Source: an uncultured Verrucomicrobiae bacterium
GTDB taxonomy: Bacteria > Verrucomicrobiota > Verrucomicrobiia > Chthoniobacterales > UBA10450
Length of the DNA: 64,000 nucleotides
Reading direction: 5' to 3'
NCBI GenBank assembly: GCA_963726745.1
Contig: CAVSDR010000003.1
Span: forward strand, 640,001 to 704,000
In this document: positions 25,346-35,586 of the stretch, piece by piece
Numbering within the stretch: position 1 is the stretch's first letter
Layout: each line of letters begins with the position of its first letter
Notes under the pieces: generated by a model
Seen by the model: only the letters and a program-made list of their open reading frames with translations
The model's database searches: none
What the model was told of the DNA's origin: nothing
Translations under genes and position numbers: made by a program

Positions 25346-25905
25346 GCTTCCAGGTTGCGCGGCTTGAGCACGCGGCAAGGATTGCCCGCCGCAATCGAAT
25401 CCGGCGGCACATCCTGCGTCACCACCGAGCAGGCACCGATGACGCTGCGCGCGCCAATCGTCAGGCCCGGCATGATGAAAGCGCGCGCGCCGATGAACGC
25501 GTCTTCGCCGATGGTGATCTTGCCGGTAACCAGCGGGATGCTTCGGCGGGTGAAATCGTGCGTTCCCGTGCTCAGGTAAACTTCCTGCGCCACCGTGGCC
25601 CGCGCGCCCACCTCGATCTCGCCTAACGAGTAGACGTTCGTCCGGTCGCCGAGGCACGAGCGGTCGTGCAAAGTTAGGTGCCACGGGATTTCGATCCGCG
25701 CGCGCTGGTGGACGAAGGGCTGGCCGTGAATGGTGGCCCCAAAGGCGCGCAGCCAAACGAGCCGCCAGGCGTTCAGCGGCTTCGGCGTCCAGGCGCAAAA
25801 GACCGCCCAGCAGAAATCCCAGAGCACCCGCCAGAGACGTTCCCCGGCTGACCAGGGCGAGCCGTAGAGTTCCTGGTCGGGCTTGACCGTTTGCAGCTCC
25901 GGCAT
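25342..25905 (-). CDS. WcaF-like hexapeptide acetyltransferase
   Basis: WTPKPLNAWRL, PWHLTL, YLSTGTHD, IAAGNP and left-handed beta-helix repeats. Confidence 0.88.
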   Translation of the reverse strand: MPELQTVKPDQELYGSPWSAGERLWRVLWDFCWAVFCAWTPKPLNAWRLVWLRAFGATIHGQPFVHQRARIEIPWHLTLHDRSCLGDRTNVYSLGEIEVGARATVAQEVYLSTGTHDFTRRSIPLVTGKITIGEDAFIGARAFIMPGLTIGARSVIGACSVVTQDVPPDSIAAGNPCRVLKPRNLEA

Positions 25906-25911
25906 GGCTCG

Positions 25912-27040
25912 TTAGGCCGCCGCGCGGATGAGCGCGCGAAAGTCCTCCAGGTATTCGTCCGCGATCTGCTCCACCGAGAAGGAGGCCTTCGCTTTCGCGA
26001 AGGAAGCCGCGCCCATCGCGGGGATGCGCTGCGCGCTCCCGCGAAAAATAGCCGACACCTTCAGCCCACGCGGCGGCGTCGCCGGCGCGCGCGATGTAGC
26101 CGTTTCCTTCGTGGTCGACCATTTCGCGCATCGGCCCGAAATCGGAAACCAGGAGCGGCTTGGCGCACGACATCGCCTCGAGCGCGGCCATGCTGAAGGT
26201 CTCGCCAGTCAGCGAGGGCAGGCAAAAAACCGCCGCCCGCCCGAGCTCGCTGAATAATCTCTCGCGCTCGAAAATTGGCGGCTCGATCGAGACCTGTGCA
26301 CCGCACGGATCGCCCGCAAGCACCCCGCGCATCTCCTCGAGAAAGGGCACATCCGTCCCCTCCTCCGTCGTCTGCGGGCCGATAATTCGCAGCCGAATCG
26401 AGTCGTCCCGCGCGGCCGCAGCGAGAAATCCGCGAATGAGCGAGTCGAGCCCTTTGTCGCGCACAAAGCGACCGACATAGAGAAAAGTAAGCGGCTCGTC
26501 GAACCCGGCGGCCGGCATTTCCGCCGGGAGCTCGATGCAATTGTGCACCGCTTTCAACTTCGGGCGCAGCCGGGGCGAAATCGCGAGCGCCTGCTCCACG
26601 ACCGCGTGGCTCCCGCCATAGATGCGATCAAGGTTGCCGTAGAGATGCGCGATCCATTTCGGCGTGCGGTGCATCGTGTGCGTGCAGACGCCGAGCCCGC
26701 GTTTGTGGCGCAGGAGAAAGGAAAAAGGCGTGTGCATCGAAGTCACGTCGGCCGGTTTCAAGAGCGGCCAGACGCGCAAGCTATACGGAAGCGCCTGCAA
26801 GTTATCGATCCAAACATTTGCATGCCCCGGCGCGCCGCCGACGCGGAAATGCTCGATCCCGTGGGCGTCGGTCTCGTGCTCGGCCAACCCGGAGGCCGCG
26901 GGCGAGTAGGCGGTCACGCGATGACCGCGCGCGGCAAATTGCTTCGCCAGCATCCAGACGAGATTGTTCACCCCGCCCCCGCGCGTGGGCGGAAACGGCA
27001 CCTGGTGGCCGACGACGAGATTGATCCGGAGCGGTGACAT
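25912..27040 (-). CDS. Glycosyltransferase family 4, frameshift near 26040
   Basis: PPTRGGGV, YVGRFVRDKG, ETFSMAALEAM. The corrected C-terminus ends ...IRAAA* at 25912. Confidence 0.85.
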
Positions 27041-28154
27041 CACGATTCGGCCAGAATCTTTAGCAGCAATGCTGCCGCCCGCTCGATTTCGAAGCGGTTT
27101 CGGAAACAATCTGCCGCCCGCTCTCCCATCGTGACGCGTTCTGCGGGCGGCAGGGCCAGCCAGCGGCGCAGGAGGCGCTCGGTCCCGGCAAGGTCATCCG
27201 TTTCCACCAGGCCGGCGCCATCGGCTCTCGACCTCGCGGCAGATGTTGATCCGGTCGGAGATCAGGACCGGGCGCGCGCAGGCCAGCGCCTCAACCACCG
27301 AGAGGGCGAAGTTCTCCTGGTGCGACGGGAGGATGAAGACCTCCGCCGCCCGCAGCGCGCTCCACTTGAGCGAGCCCTCGAGCATGCCGGTGAAGAGCAC
27401 ATTCGCCCCGGCGCGGCGCTGGAGCTCGCCGTCCCATTGGTCGGGGCCGGCCATCACGAGCGTGAGCGACGAGTCGTTAGCCGACACTTTGGCAAACGCT
27501 TCAAGCAGGAGGTCGCAGCCTTTTTTGGGGTGCAATCGCCCAAGAAAGAGGATCAACCTGCGCCCGCGCGTTTCCGGGAAAGCGCTGGCAAAATTCCTCC
27601 GCGGAACCGACCGGCGGCGCGGGCACGCCCAACGGGAGAATCTTTTCGCGGCAGCGATAAAGCCAGAACGATTCCCGCGCTTCATCGCGCTCCGCCGCAG
27701 CGGTGAAGAGAACCGCGCGCGCGTCACGCAGGACGCGGTATTCGGCCCACGGCCAGTAGAACCATTTCTTCAGGTGCTTCAGCGGATAGGTGCGCTTGAA
27801 CCACGGATCGAGCATTCCGTGCGGGAAAACGAAGTAGGGCGTCGCGGTGCCGGCGAGCGCGCGATGCACCGCCAGGCCGGGATATTGCCAAAGACCGTTC
27901 ACGATCACGGCATCAAAGCGCTGCCTATTTTCACGGAGCCACGGGACCAGCCGAGGCGAGCGCCCGTAGCCTTCAGGGCCCGGCCCGAGGAGATGAGTCG
28001 TTAGGCCGGTGCCAATGCTGGCGCCCGGCGCATCGAGGCTCGCGATTTCCACCGCGTGTCCCTGCCGCGCCATCTCTTCGCTCAAGGAAACGACCGCGCT
28101 GGCGACGCCGCCGGAGTGCGCGGCCAGCGTTCGCACCACCTGCAGCACCCTCAT
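27040..28154 (-). CDS. Glycosyltransferase family 4, frameshifts near 27577 and 27225
   Basis: MRVLQVV..SGGV, PHGMLDPWF, FLGRLHPKKG, PSHQENFALSVVEALA. The corrected tail ends ...KILAES* at 27040. Confidence 0.85.
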
Positions 28155-28816
28155 GTGACGAAGCCGGTGGTGCGCTGGAAGTAGGCGTAGTCGGCCGGCA
28201 AAGTCTGCAGCGCTTTCGCGGGCACGCCGCCATAGAGCGTGTGCGTTTCCGCGAGCGCCTTGTTCAGGAGCGACTTCGCGCCCAGCACGCAGTAATCCGG
28301 GAGCACGCTCCCGCCTAACAAGACGCTGTTGGTCCCGACAAAACAGTAATCGCCCACGCGGATCGGCTGAGAACGCTGCCTGTTTTCCGCGAGGTCAATC
28401 GAGTGCGTGAGCATTTGCGATTGGAACCCGGCGAAGGTGGTGAAGCGCCCGATCGTGATCCGATTGGTGCAATCGATGAAATGCCGATGCGTGATCGCGG
28501 AGTGTGCGCCGAGGATAAGTTCCGGCCGGCGCTCGGTTTCCTCGGCAAAGTGCGGCGACGGCCCGAGCGGAAAGCCGGTGATCCAGTTGCCATTCCCCAG
28601 CAGCGCGTGCTCGCCGAGGTGGAGCAGCGCGATGTTCTTGCAGATCGTGAGGTGGCCGATGCGGCTCCCGGCTTCCATCACCAAGGCATCGGGTAAGATG
28701 AAGGAAAGCCCAATGCGCGCGGTCGGATGAAGGCGATAGCCGAACTGTTTTTCGAGAAAGCTGCGGCGCAACTTCCAAGGCAGAAACAAGCTGACCAGCG
28801 CGAGCAGCTTTCTCAT
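28151..28816 (-). CDS. Hexapeptide-repeat acyltransferase
   Basis: LbH repeats, LTHSID, VGDYCFVG, YGGVPA. Confidence 0.8.
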   Translation of the reverse strand: MRKLLALVSLFLPWKLRRSFLEKQFGYRLHPTARIGLSFILPDALVMEAGSRIGHLTICKNIALLHLGEHALLGNGNWITGFPLGPSPHFAEETERRPELILGAHSAITHRHFIDCTNRITIGRFTTFAGFQSQMLTHSIDLAENRQRSQPIRVGDYCFVGTNSVLLGGSVLPDYCVLGAKSLLNKALAETHTLYGGVPAKALQTLPADYAYFQRTTGFVT

Positions 28817-29922
28817 GCCGCCTCCAGTGCGCGATACATTTCCTGGTATTCGGCAATCATTCGCTCGGCGGAAAATTGCCGCGCGTTCTCCAGGCTGCGG
28901 GCGCTCCAGCGGGCGCGCTCCGCGGGATCGCTCAGCCGGAGGATCTCGTCGGCAAAACCTTGCTCGTCCTCGACCGCGTGAATCAAACCAGCTTCGCCCG
29001 CCACTTCCGGCATCGGCGGAGTTGCGCTGCAGATCACCGGGCAGCCGCAGGCCTGCGCTTCCGCGATGGGCCAGCCGAAGCCTTCGAAACGCGACGGGTA
29101 AAGCAGCGCGGTCGCGCGCTGGTAAAGCGCCTCGAGGAGGGAATTCTCCGGATGCACCGCTTCCACAACTCGCTGTCTAATCCCCATCTCGTCGGCTAAC
29201 GAGCGCAATTCCGCAGGGAGCGGTTCGCCCGCAAAGACGAGTTGTCCATGCCAATGGGGCGCCGTCCGGGCAAAAATGCGGAGTGCGCCGTCGCGATTTT
29301 TTCGGCGCAGGTTCGAGCCGACGTGGAGGACGAACGGACGGGCGAGATCGAGGCCAGCGATGCTGGGTTCCATCGCGGGCGTGGGGCCGTAGGGATGGCT
29401 CAAGCCGAGTGTGATCACGCGCAGCGCGGGGCGCTTTCCTGCCGGCAAAAGCCGATCAGCATCCTCTAAGGTCGCGCGCGAATCGCACGCGATCGCATCG
29501 GCCGCAGCCAATCCGCGCAGGATCCAGCGTTGCAAAAAATTCCCCGCAGCCGAGGCCGGGCAATCCGTTTCCTCGCCGAGCGCGCCACGCACCGCCAGCA
29601 GATCGTGACAGGTCACGAGCACCGCAGTCGGGCGAGCGGCGCGGACGTAAACCGCGTTTGAATGATCGCAAATGTGGACCAACGAGACGTCGCCGCGCGC
29701 GAGGCGTCGCCGCAGTTGCCGCGGGAACAGGAGATACTTGTCGAGGTAGGCCAGCCATTTGCCGGCAAATTCACCCGCGGCGCGCCAGCGTCCGAAGAAG
29801 GGCCGGGGTTGCAGCAGCTCCGCCGGTTGCCCCGCAGCCCTCAGGCCTTCGAGCATCATCTGGCCAAAGCGAAGCATGCTTTGCTGCCGGTCCGGCGCGT
29901 AGTTACCGATCAGCAGAACCAT
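28813..29922 (-). CDS. Glycosyltransferase family 4
   Basis: TCHDLLAV, LHVGSN..RKN, PSRFEGFGWPIAEAQACG. Confidence 0.88.
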   Translation of the reverse strand: MVLLIGNYAPDRQQSMLRFGQMMLEGLRAAGQPAELLQPRPFFGRWRAAGEFAGKWLAYLDKYLLFPRQLRRRLARGDVSLVHICDHSNAVYVRAARPTAVLVTCHDLLAVRGALGEETDCPASAAGNFLQRWILRGLAAADAIACDSRATLEDADRLLPAGKRPALRVITLGLSHPYGPTPAMEPSIAGLDLARPFVLHVGSNLRRKNRDGALRIFARTAPHWHGQLVFAGEPLPAELRSLADEMGIRQRVVEAVHPENSLLEALYQRATALLYPSRFEGFGWPIAEAQACGCPVICSATPPMPEVAGEAGLIHAVEDEQGFADEILRLSDPAERARWSARSLENARQFSAERMIAEYQEMYRALEAA

Positions 29923-31360
29923 TGCGGGGCGTGGGCGGCGAAGGCGGCGCGACCGGTTCCGTCGGTGGACCGTGCAGGCGGGCGGCATAAGCCGAGCGGC
30001 CGGGCATCCGCAGCCGCGCGCCCGGCTTTCCTGCGAATACTTCGCCTAACGAGTTGTCGTCCGCGGCTTCTTCCTCGTGCCGCGCGCCCAGGACCAGGCC
30101 CATGGTGAAGACGGAAAATCCCAGCACGGTCGGCTGGCCAAACTGGCCATTGATCATCGGCAGAAAGGAAGCGCTGTAGAGCAGGAGTGGCAGCACGTTT
30201 CCCTGCTGCACGGACCGCAGGCAAAGCCAGCCGATGGCCACAACCAAACCAAACCGCCAGAGAACGAAGGCCAGCCCGAGGACAGGTCCGCTTTCCAGAA
30301 ACAGGCGCGACCATTCCCCTTCCGCGAGCAGAAACATGCTTTTGCCGGTGAGGAATCTCGCCCCCGCATTAGTCCCGATGCCGAGGCCATAGCCGAGGAA
30401 AGGCGCTTTCGTCAGGACGTGGAAGCCGTCGGCAAAATCGCTCACGACGCGCTCGACCAACCCGGCGCCGACGGAAGTTTCGGTAGCTTCCGCGACCTCC
30501 GCAAAGCGAGTCGTGAGCACGTTCAAGCCTTCCTTGAAGATCGGCGTGCGGGAAAGGATCAGGCCGAGGATTACCGTGACCACGAGCGTCTGGCCAAAGC
30601 GATTGACCGCCGAGGGACGGAGAAACAAAACCACCGCGAGCGAAGCCACCACGACCGCGCAGGCGCCCACGACCGAGCGGCTCCCGGAGACGACGATGCC
30701 AATAACCAAGGCGCTGCCGGCGGCAAAGAGCAGCCAGTTCTTGTAGACGTCGCGCCGCAACGCGGCCCAGATAAGAAAACCGGTCGAGAGGGCGAAGTAT
30801 GCCACCACCCCGATGACAAACGAGAACGGCCCCGCGGTCCGGACTTTGCCGAGCGCACTCTGCATCATCTCGCCTTCGCCGCCGGTGGTGCGATTCAGAA
30901 AAGCATCGGGCGAAGCGCGGAATTGCGCCACCATGAGCACGGTCATGGGCACGAGGATGAGGAGCGTGGCCCAGCCGATGCGCTTCACGTCTTCGCGCCG
31001 GAGGACGCGTTCCATCACAAAGATGAGCGGGAGATGAAGGAAATTGCAGCGGAAGCCGTAGCCAGTCACGAGCGCGATCCTCTGCGCATCGATGTAGGGC
31101 GCGAGCTGCACAATGCTCACCAGGACCGTGAGCAGACCGATGACGCCAAGGCCAACGACCCAACGATTCCAGGGGAAAATCTGCGCCCGAAAGGCCAGCA
31201 GGTAGATGGCCACGACCACCGGATCGCGCACCAGCAAGAGCGGATTCGAAAGGCCGGGGACGACCCATTTCCGGAGCGCGCCTTCGATGATCAGGAGCAC
31301 GAAGTAGAGCCAGATGAGCCACCGGATGTGGGCGATGGTTTTCTCGGGGGCGTGGTTCAT
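29903..31360 (-). CDS. Multi-TM membrane protein, probable Wzy-like polysaccharide polymerase
   Basis: About 11 hydrophobic segments, EGALRKW, SGSRS, GYGLGIGTNAG. It sits among the GTs of a Wzx/Wzc locus. Confidence 0.6.
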   Translation of the reverse strand: MNHAPEKTIAHIRWLIWLYFVLLIIEGALRKWVVPGLSNPLLLVRDPVVVAIYLLAFRAQIFPWNRWVVGLGVIGLLTVLVSIVQLAPYIDAQRIALVTGYGFRCNFLHLPLIFVMERVLRREDVKRIGWATLLILVPMTVLMVAQFRASPDAFLNRTTGGEGEMMQSALGKVRTAGPFSFVIGVVAYFALSTGFLIWAALRRDVYKNWLLFAAGSALVIGIVVSGSRSVVGACAVVVASLAVVLFLRPSAVNRFGQTLVVTVILGLILSRTPIFKEGLNVLTTRFAEVAEATETSVGAGLVERVVSDFADGFHVLTKAPFLGYGLGIGTNAGARFLTGKSMFLLAEGEWSRLFLESGPVLGLAFVLWRFGLVVAIGWLCLRSVQQGNVLPLLLYSASFLPMINGQFGQPTVLGFSVFTMGLVLGARHEEEAADDNSLGEVFAGKPGARLRMPGRSAYAARLHGPPTEPVAPPSPPTPRNGSADR

Positions 31361-32544
31361 CGGGCGGTCAAAGTCTCGATCGCGGCCAGGATCGTTTCGC
31401 CATATCCGCGCCACGTAAACTCCGCTGCGCGTCGTTGCGCTGCAATCCCCATGCCAGCGATCTCTCCGGGATGCTCCGCGCACCAGCTAATTTTCTCCGC
31501 CAGCGCCTCGGGCGCACGGATCGGCACCAGGAAACCGGTCTCGCCCTCGACGATCAAGTCCTCGCCGCCGGCGTTGCGCGTTGCGATCAAAGGCAGCCCG
31601 CAGGCCATCGCCTCCTGCTGCACGAGCGCGCGCCCTTCGACGATCGAGGGCAGGACGAGAACGTCGCAGCTTTGCATCAAGCGCAGGACCGCGGCGTGCG
31701 GCCGGGGCGGCTCGTAGGTGAACTGGCCGCGAGCGTGATACCACTCCAGCGGCTGAAGCGGCGAACCCATGACCACCAATTCCGCGGCCCCGGGCTTGAG
31801 CAATTTCATGGCCGCGAAAACGTCGGCTAATCCTTTGCGCTGGGTCATCGAGCCGGCAAAAAGCACGCGCAAACGATCGTTCTGCCGACGCGCCGCATGG
31901 ACGATTGCCGGGGACCCGAAGGGCGCGACGACCGAACGCGTGCCGGTCGGGAGCGAGTCGCGCACGAAGTCACTCGGGCAAACCACCAGCTCGGCGAGCT
32001 CCAGCTCGCGGGTTTTGCGCGCGAGCTTTTCCGCAGAATCGCGCGTCGCGCCGAGCGTTGGTTCCCAGTCGGGATAACGCTCCGCTTCCTCGCGCAGGAG
32101 CCGCTGCGCGGTCTCCCAATAAGCGATCGGCAACTCGTAGACCCGGCGCTTTCCGAGAGCGCGCGCGGCCTCGAAGAGCTGGAGCGCGCAATCCTCGTAG
32201 CCGTAAACCGCCGCTGTGTCCCCGGCGTGCGCCCGCAGCCAGCGCGCGGCCTCCGCGTCCACGCCCTGCCATACGCGATCGATGCTGGCCCAGCCGCGTT
32301 CATGCTCGATCAAGCGGCGCGCGCCCGCCCGGGCCGCGAGCAGGCGCACAAGTTCGCGCAACGGCGCCGCGTGAATTTTCTCGCCCGGCAAATCGTAGCC
32401 GCGCCGCGGCAAACGGGCCGCGAGCGACGACTCGCCAGACCAGCCCAGGCTGGTGACGAATTTAGCCAGCGCCTTCTCGCGCTCGAGCGCCGCCAGGAGC
32501 GCGCGCACGTTCGCGTTGCCGAAGGGATGGGCCAGCAGGATCAT
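31357..32544 (-). CDS. Glycosyltransferase family 4
   Basis: FAGSMTQRKG, PSIVEGRALVQQEAMACG. Confidence 0.88.
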   Translation of the reverse strand: MILLAHPFGNANVRALLAALEREKALAKFVTSLGWSGESSLAARLPRRGYDLPGEKIHAAPLRELVRLLAARAGARRLIEHERGWASIDRVWQGVDAEAARWLRAHAGDTAAVYGYEDCALQLFEAARALGKRRVYELPIAYWETAQRLLREEAERYPDWEPTLGATRDSAEKLARKTRELELAELVVCPSDFVRDSLPTGTRSVVAPFGSPAIVHAARRQNDRLRVLFAGSMTQRKGLADVFAAMKLLKPGAAELVVMGSPLQPLEWYHARGQFTYEPPRPHAAVLRLMQSCDVLVLPSIVEGRALVQQEAMACGLPLIATRNAGGEDLIVEGETGFLVPIRAPEALAEKISWCAEHPGEIAGMGIAAQRRAAEFTWRGYGETILAAIETLTAR

Positions 32545-33581
32545 CGGCCCGCGAGCCGCCGGTAAGCCTGCGGATAAAATTCCAGCGGCTCCAATTCGTC
32601 GGCTAATTCCGCGCGCGTCCGGTGCGCGCGGTCGGCATATTCCGCCTCGCTCATCCCCGCCGCCTGTTCGAGCAAACGCGCCAGCGCCGCGGGATCGTTT
32701 GGTTCGCAAATGAGCGCCTGCTTGCCGCCCGCCTCCGGCAAGCCGCCATCGCGCGTGATGATGCAGGGCACGCCCAGATGCCGCGCCTCAATCGCGGTCA
32801 GGCCAAAATCCTCCCGCGTATTTGGCGGCACCACCATCCAGCGCGCATCGCGAATCCGCGCGGTCTTGGTCGCCTCGTCGACGAACCCGAGCACTTCCAC
32901 GCCGGTGATCCCGCGCTTCTGCACCGCATAAGCGATCAACTCGCGCAGCGGCCCATCGCCCATGAGCACGAGCGGCCACTGCGCGTGCTCGATCTGCGCG
33001 AGCGCGTAGGCGTCGATCAAGGTGTCGACCCCTTTGTTCGCGATCCAGCGGCCGATGAAGGCAAAACCCTTGCGCTCGTTAGGCGCGGTCCAGCCTTCAG
33101 GCAATTTCGAGACCGTTGGGACCTTGCGGCTGCCCGGGCGTTTCCGCAGCGGCTCCCAGGTGTCCCAGACAAACTGCGAGTTGTACCAGCGCTCGTCCGC
33201 CAGCGCCGCGGCCGCGCGCCAGAGTAACCGATGCGGCGTGCGCTCGCGCGTCATGTAGTTGTGGATCGTCATCGCCAGCGGCTTCCGGAAAAGTTTCGCG
33301 AGCAAGGTCACGTCCGGCGGCGCGTTTTGCAGATGAACCACATCGGCCCAGCGGATCACCTCGATCAAATCCCGGTCGGCCCCGCGGTCGGCGTAAATCA
33401 CTTCCTCGCCCTTGAGCATCGCCTTCAGTCCCGGCTGCAGCGCGAAGCCGGCGACGCGCTTGAAGCAAAGCCGCACCTCGAGGTCGGGCGCGCGCCGTGC
33501 GGCTTCCAAAACCGCGAGCACAAAGGCCTCGATCCCGCCATACGCGCCCATGCACGGGCTCACGATCACGACCTTGGTCAC
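32541..33581 (-). CDS. Glycosyltransferase family 4
   Basis: GTG start, YGGIEAFV, FIGRWIANKG, EDFGLTAIEA. Confidence 0.85.
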   Translation of the reverse strand: MTKVVIVSPCMGAYGGIEAFVLAVLEAARRAPDLEVRLCFKRVAGFALQPGLKAMLKGEEVIYADRGADRDLIEVIRWADVVHLQNAPPDVTLLAKLFRKPLAMTIHNYMTRERTPHRLLWRAAAALADERWYNSQFVWDTWEPLRKRPGSRKVPTVSKLPEGWTAPNERKGFAFIGRWIANKGVDTLIDAYALAQIEHAQWPLVLMGDGPLRELIAYAVQKRGITGVEVLGFVDEATKTARIRDARWMVVPPNTREDFGLTAIEARHLGVPCIITRDGGLPEAGGKQALICEPNDPAALARLLEQAAGMSEAEYADRAHRTRAELADELEPLEFYPQAYRRLAGR

Positions 33582-34579
33582 GCGGCTTCCTCCAGCTTGA
33601 GCGCGCCGGCAAAACGCGCCGCGATCCGCGGCCAGGAAGCGGTCGCCTCCTGCCAGGCGCGCAACTTCTCCGCGCGGGCGCGCTGTTCCTCGTCCGCGAT
33701 TCCGGCGAGCCATTCCTCCGGATGCGTCAGCCAGCAGAGCGGCGCCGGACCCGTGGGCTGCGCGGCGAGAGACAGCACATTGAGGCCGTGCGCGGCGTAA
33801 GCCATGAACGTGCCCGACTTCGTGAGGCTGAGCGCATCCAATCCGAGCACGCCAAAGCTGGCCCCGGCCAGCTCGCGCGAAACCTCCACCTCGGGCAACG
33901 CGCCGCGTTGCGCAAAGCCGTCGGCTAATGGCAGCGCGCGCAAGAGCCGCGTCTCTTCGGGATCCAGGCCCGCGCCACAAGTCGTTAGGCGCGCAAGCCG
34001 TCCGGCGGCCGCAAGCGCGTGCAGGTCCTGGTGCATCGTTCGCAATGCCCGCAGACGCGACCCTTGTAAACCAAAGAGCACCGCCGCGCCCGGCGCGCGC
34101 GACCCTTCCGCGCCGGGGTGCACGCCGATCGTGGTCCCCACGGGGAGAAATTCCGCGCTGCTTCCGAGACGCCGCGCCTGGTCAGTTGTGGTCGTGAAGG
34201 TGGCATCGGCCGCGGCCACCAAGCGCAGGAGCGCGCGCCGGTGCAGCTGTTGCCGGAGGAAGTTTCGGTTCCACGGGGCGCAGAGGCTCCAGATTTCATG
34301 CACCATGACCACCAGGCAGCCGCCGGTGCGCTTCCGCCAATCGAGCAGCTCGCGCAGCAGCCGGCGCGGATAACCGCGGCGGTCGAACCCGTAGGCGCTG
34401 TATTGCACGAGCACGCGTCCGCCGCTTTCCGGCAAAGACAAAGCGCTGTCTCTTTTTGGGACGAGCACGCGCACGGGAAAACGCCCGCCCCATTCCTCGA
34501 GCAGGCGCAGGGTGTAATCGGCCACGCCGCCGGCGCCGCGCTCGATTTCCGGCGTCACGATGATCGTCTCTGCGCTCAT
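33578..34579 (-). CDS. Divergent GT-B-like protein (putative glycosyltransferase)
   Basis: GGVADYT, LVQYSAYGF, MVHE, KSGTFMAYAAHG. Paralogous to the next gene. Confidence 0.55.
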   Translation of the reverse strand: MSAETIIVTPEIERGAGGVADYTLRLLEEWGGRFPVRVLVPKRDSALSLPESGGRVLVQYSAYGFDRRGYPRRLLRELLDWRKRTGGCLVVMVHEIWSLCAPWNRNFLRQQLHRRALLRLVAAADATFTTTTDQARRLGSSAEFLPVGTTIGVHPGAEGSRAPGAAVLFGLQGSRLRALRTMHQDLHALAAAGRLARLTTCGAGLDPEETRLLRALPLADGFAQRGALPEVEVSRELAGASFGVLGLDALSLTKSGTFMAYAAHGLNVLSLAAQPTGPAPLCWLTHPEEWLAGIADEEQRARAEKLRAWQEATASWPRIAARFAGALKLEEAA

Positions 34580-35586
34580 AGCGCCGCCAGTTTCTGCGCG
34601 ACCACGGCCCAGGAAGCGTTCGCCTCATACCACGCGCGCAAAGCCTCCGCGCGTGCCTGCGCTTCGGCGGGTGCGATCGTGGCCACCTCCGCCGCCTGAA
34701 CGGTGTGCCGCAGCGGGACGCTCGCGATTACCGGACAAGCGTGCGCCGCCGCGGCCATGAAGGTGGTCGATTTCTGCCAGGTCTCCGCGGTGGCATTCGT
34801 TAGGCAAAACGCGGCATGCCGCAGAAGCCGGGAGACTTCTTCGGGCGGGAGCACCCCATGGCGGATGAGAGTCTCCTTCGGCAAACCGGCAAGCGCGTCG
34901 TCGCCTTCCGGGCCGATGAGATGCAACCGCCGAAGCCGGCCGGCGGCGTGCCAGCGGCGGAGGAAAGGCGCGAAAAGCTCCAGTGTTTGCCTGCGGCCAA
35001 AGGGCAGGCCGAAGAGGACGAAGTCGCCGGCAATTCGCTCCGCGGGTGCGGCGACCGGCTCGATATTCGAACTCACCGGGACAAGCAGCGCATCAATCCC
35101 GGCGAGCGTGTGCAACCGGGCGCGATGATGCTCGGTGTTGGTCACGACCACGTCGGCCATGGCCAGAAGTCGTTTCGTCACGCGGTCGGCCAGCCGGGAG
35201 AGCCAATAGTGTCGCGACGTCCACGGGAAAGCGCCCGGAAGCTCATGCACGAAAAGGAGGAGACGCGCGCCAGGGAAGCGCTGCTTCCATTTCGCGAGCA
35301 TGCGCGGCAGCCAGAAAGGAAAACCGAGCGGGTGATACGCGCGGCCGGCGTAGTGCAGCCAAACATCGGCCGCGCCCAGGCGTGCGAGCGCGCGGGCGAG
35401 CGCTGCGGGATCGCCGCCGAAAGCGGTAACTTTGGACTCGTTAGGCGCGGAGTGCTCGAGCACGAGGAACTCGCTCGGGCGCGCGCTTTCTGGCCAATGT
35501 TGCGCCAGCAACCAGCTGTAGGTGCCGATTCCGCAAACCGCAGGCGGCAGGCGGGTGGTGATCACGGCCAGCGGTTTCGCGTTCAT
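34576..35586 (-). CDS. Divergent GT-B-like protein (putative glycosyltransferase)
   Basis: CGIGTYS, LHYAGRAY, FVHE, PVSSNI, KSTTFMAAAAHA. Confidence 0.55.
   Translation of the reverse strand: MNAKPLAVITTRLPPAVCGIGTYSWLLAQHWPESARPSEFLVLEHSAPNESKVTAFGGDPAALARALARLGAADVWLHYAGRAYHPLGFPFWLPRMLAKWKQRFPGARLLLFVHELPGAFPWTSRHYWLSRLADRVTKRLLAMADVVVTNTEHHRARLHTLAGIDALLVPVSSNIEPVAAPAERIAGDFVLFGLPFGRRQTLELFAPFLRRWHAAGRLRRLHLIGPEGDDALAGLPKETLIRHGVLPPEEVSRLLRHAAFCLTNATAETWQKSTTFMAAAAHACPVIASVPLRHTVQAAEVATIAPAEAQARAEALRAWYEANASWAVVAQKLAAL

Noticed and set aside
24539..27109. 856-aa GT4-FkbM fusion ORF
   Set aside because: It reads through the WcaF-like gene in a junk frame after an indel near 26040. Three separate genes explain it.
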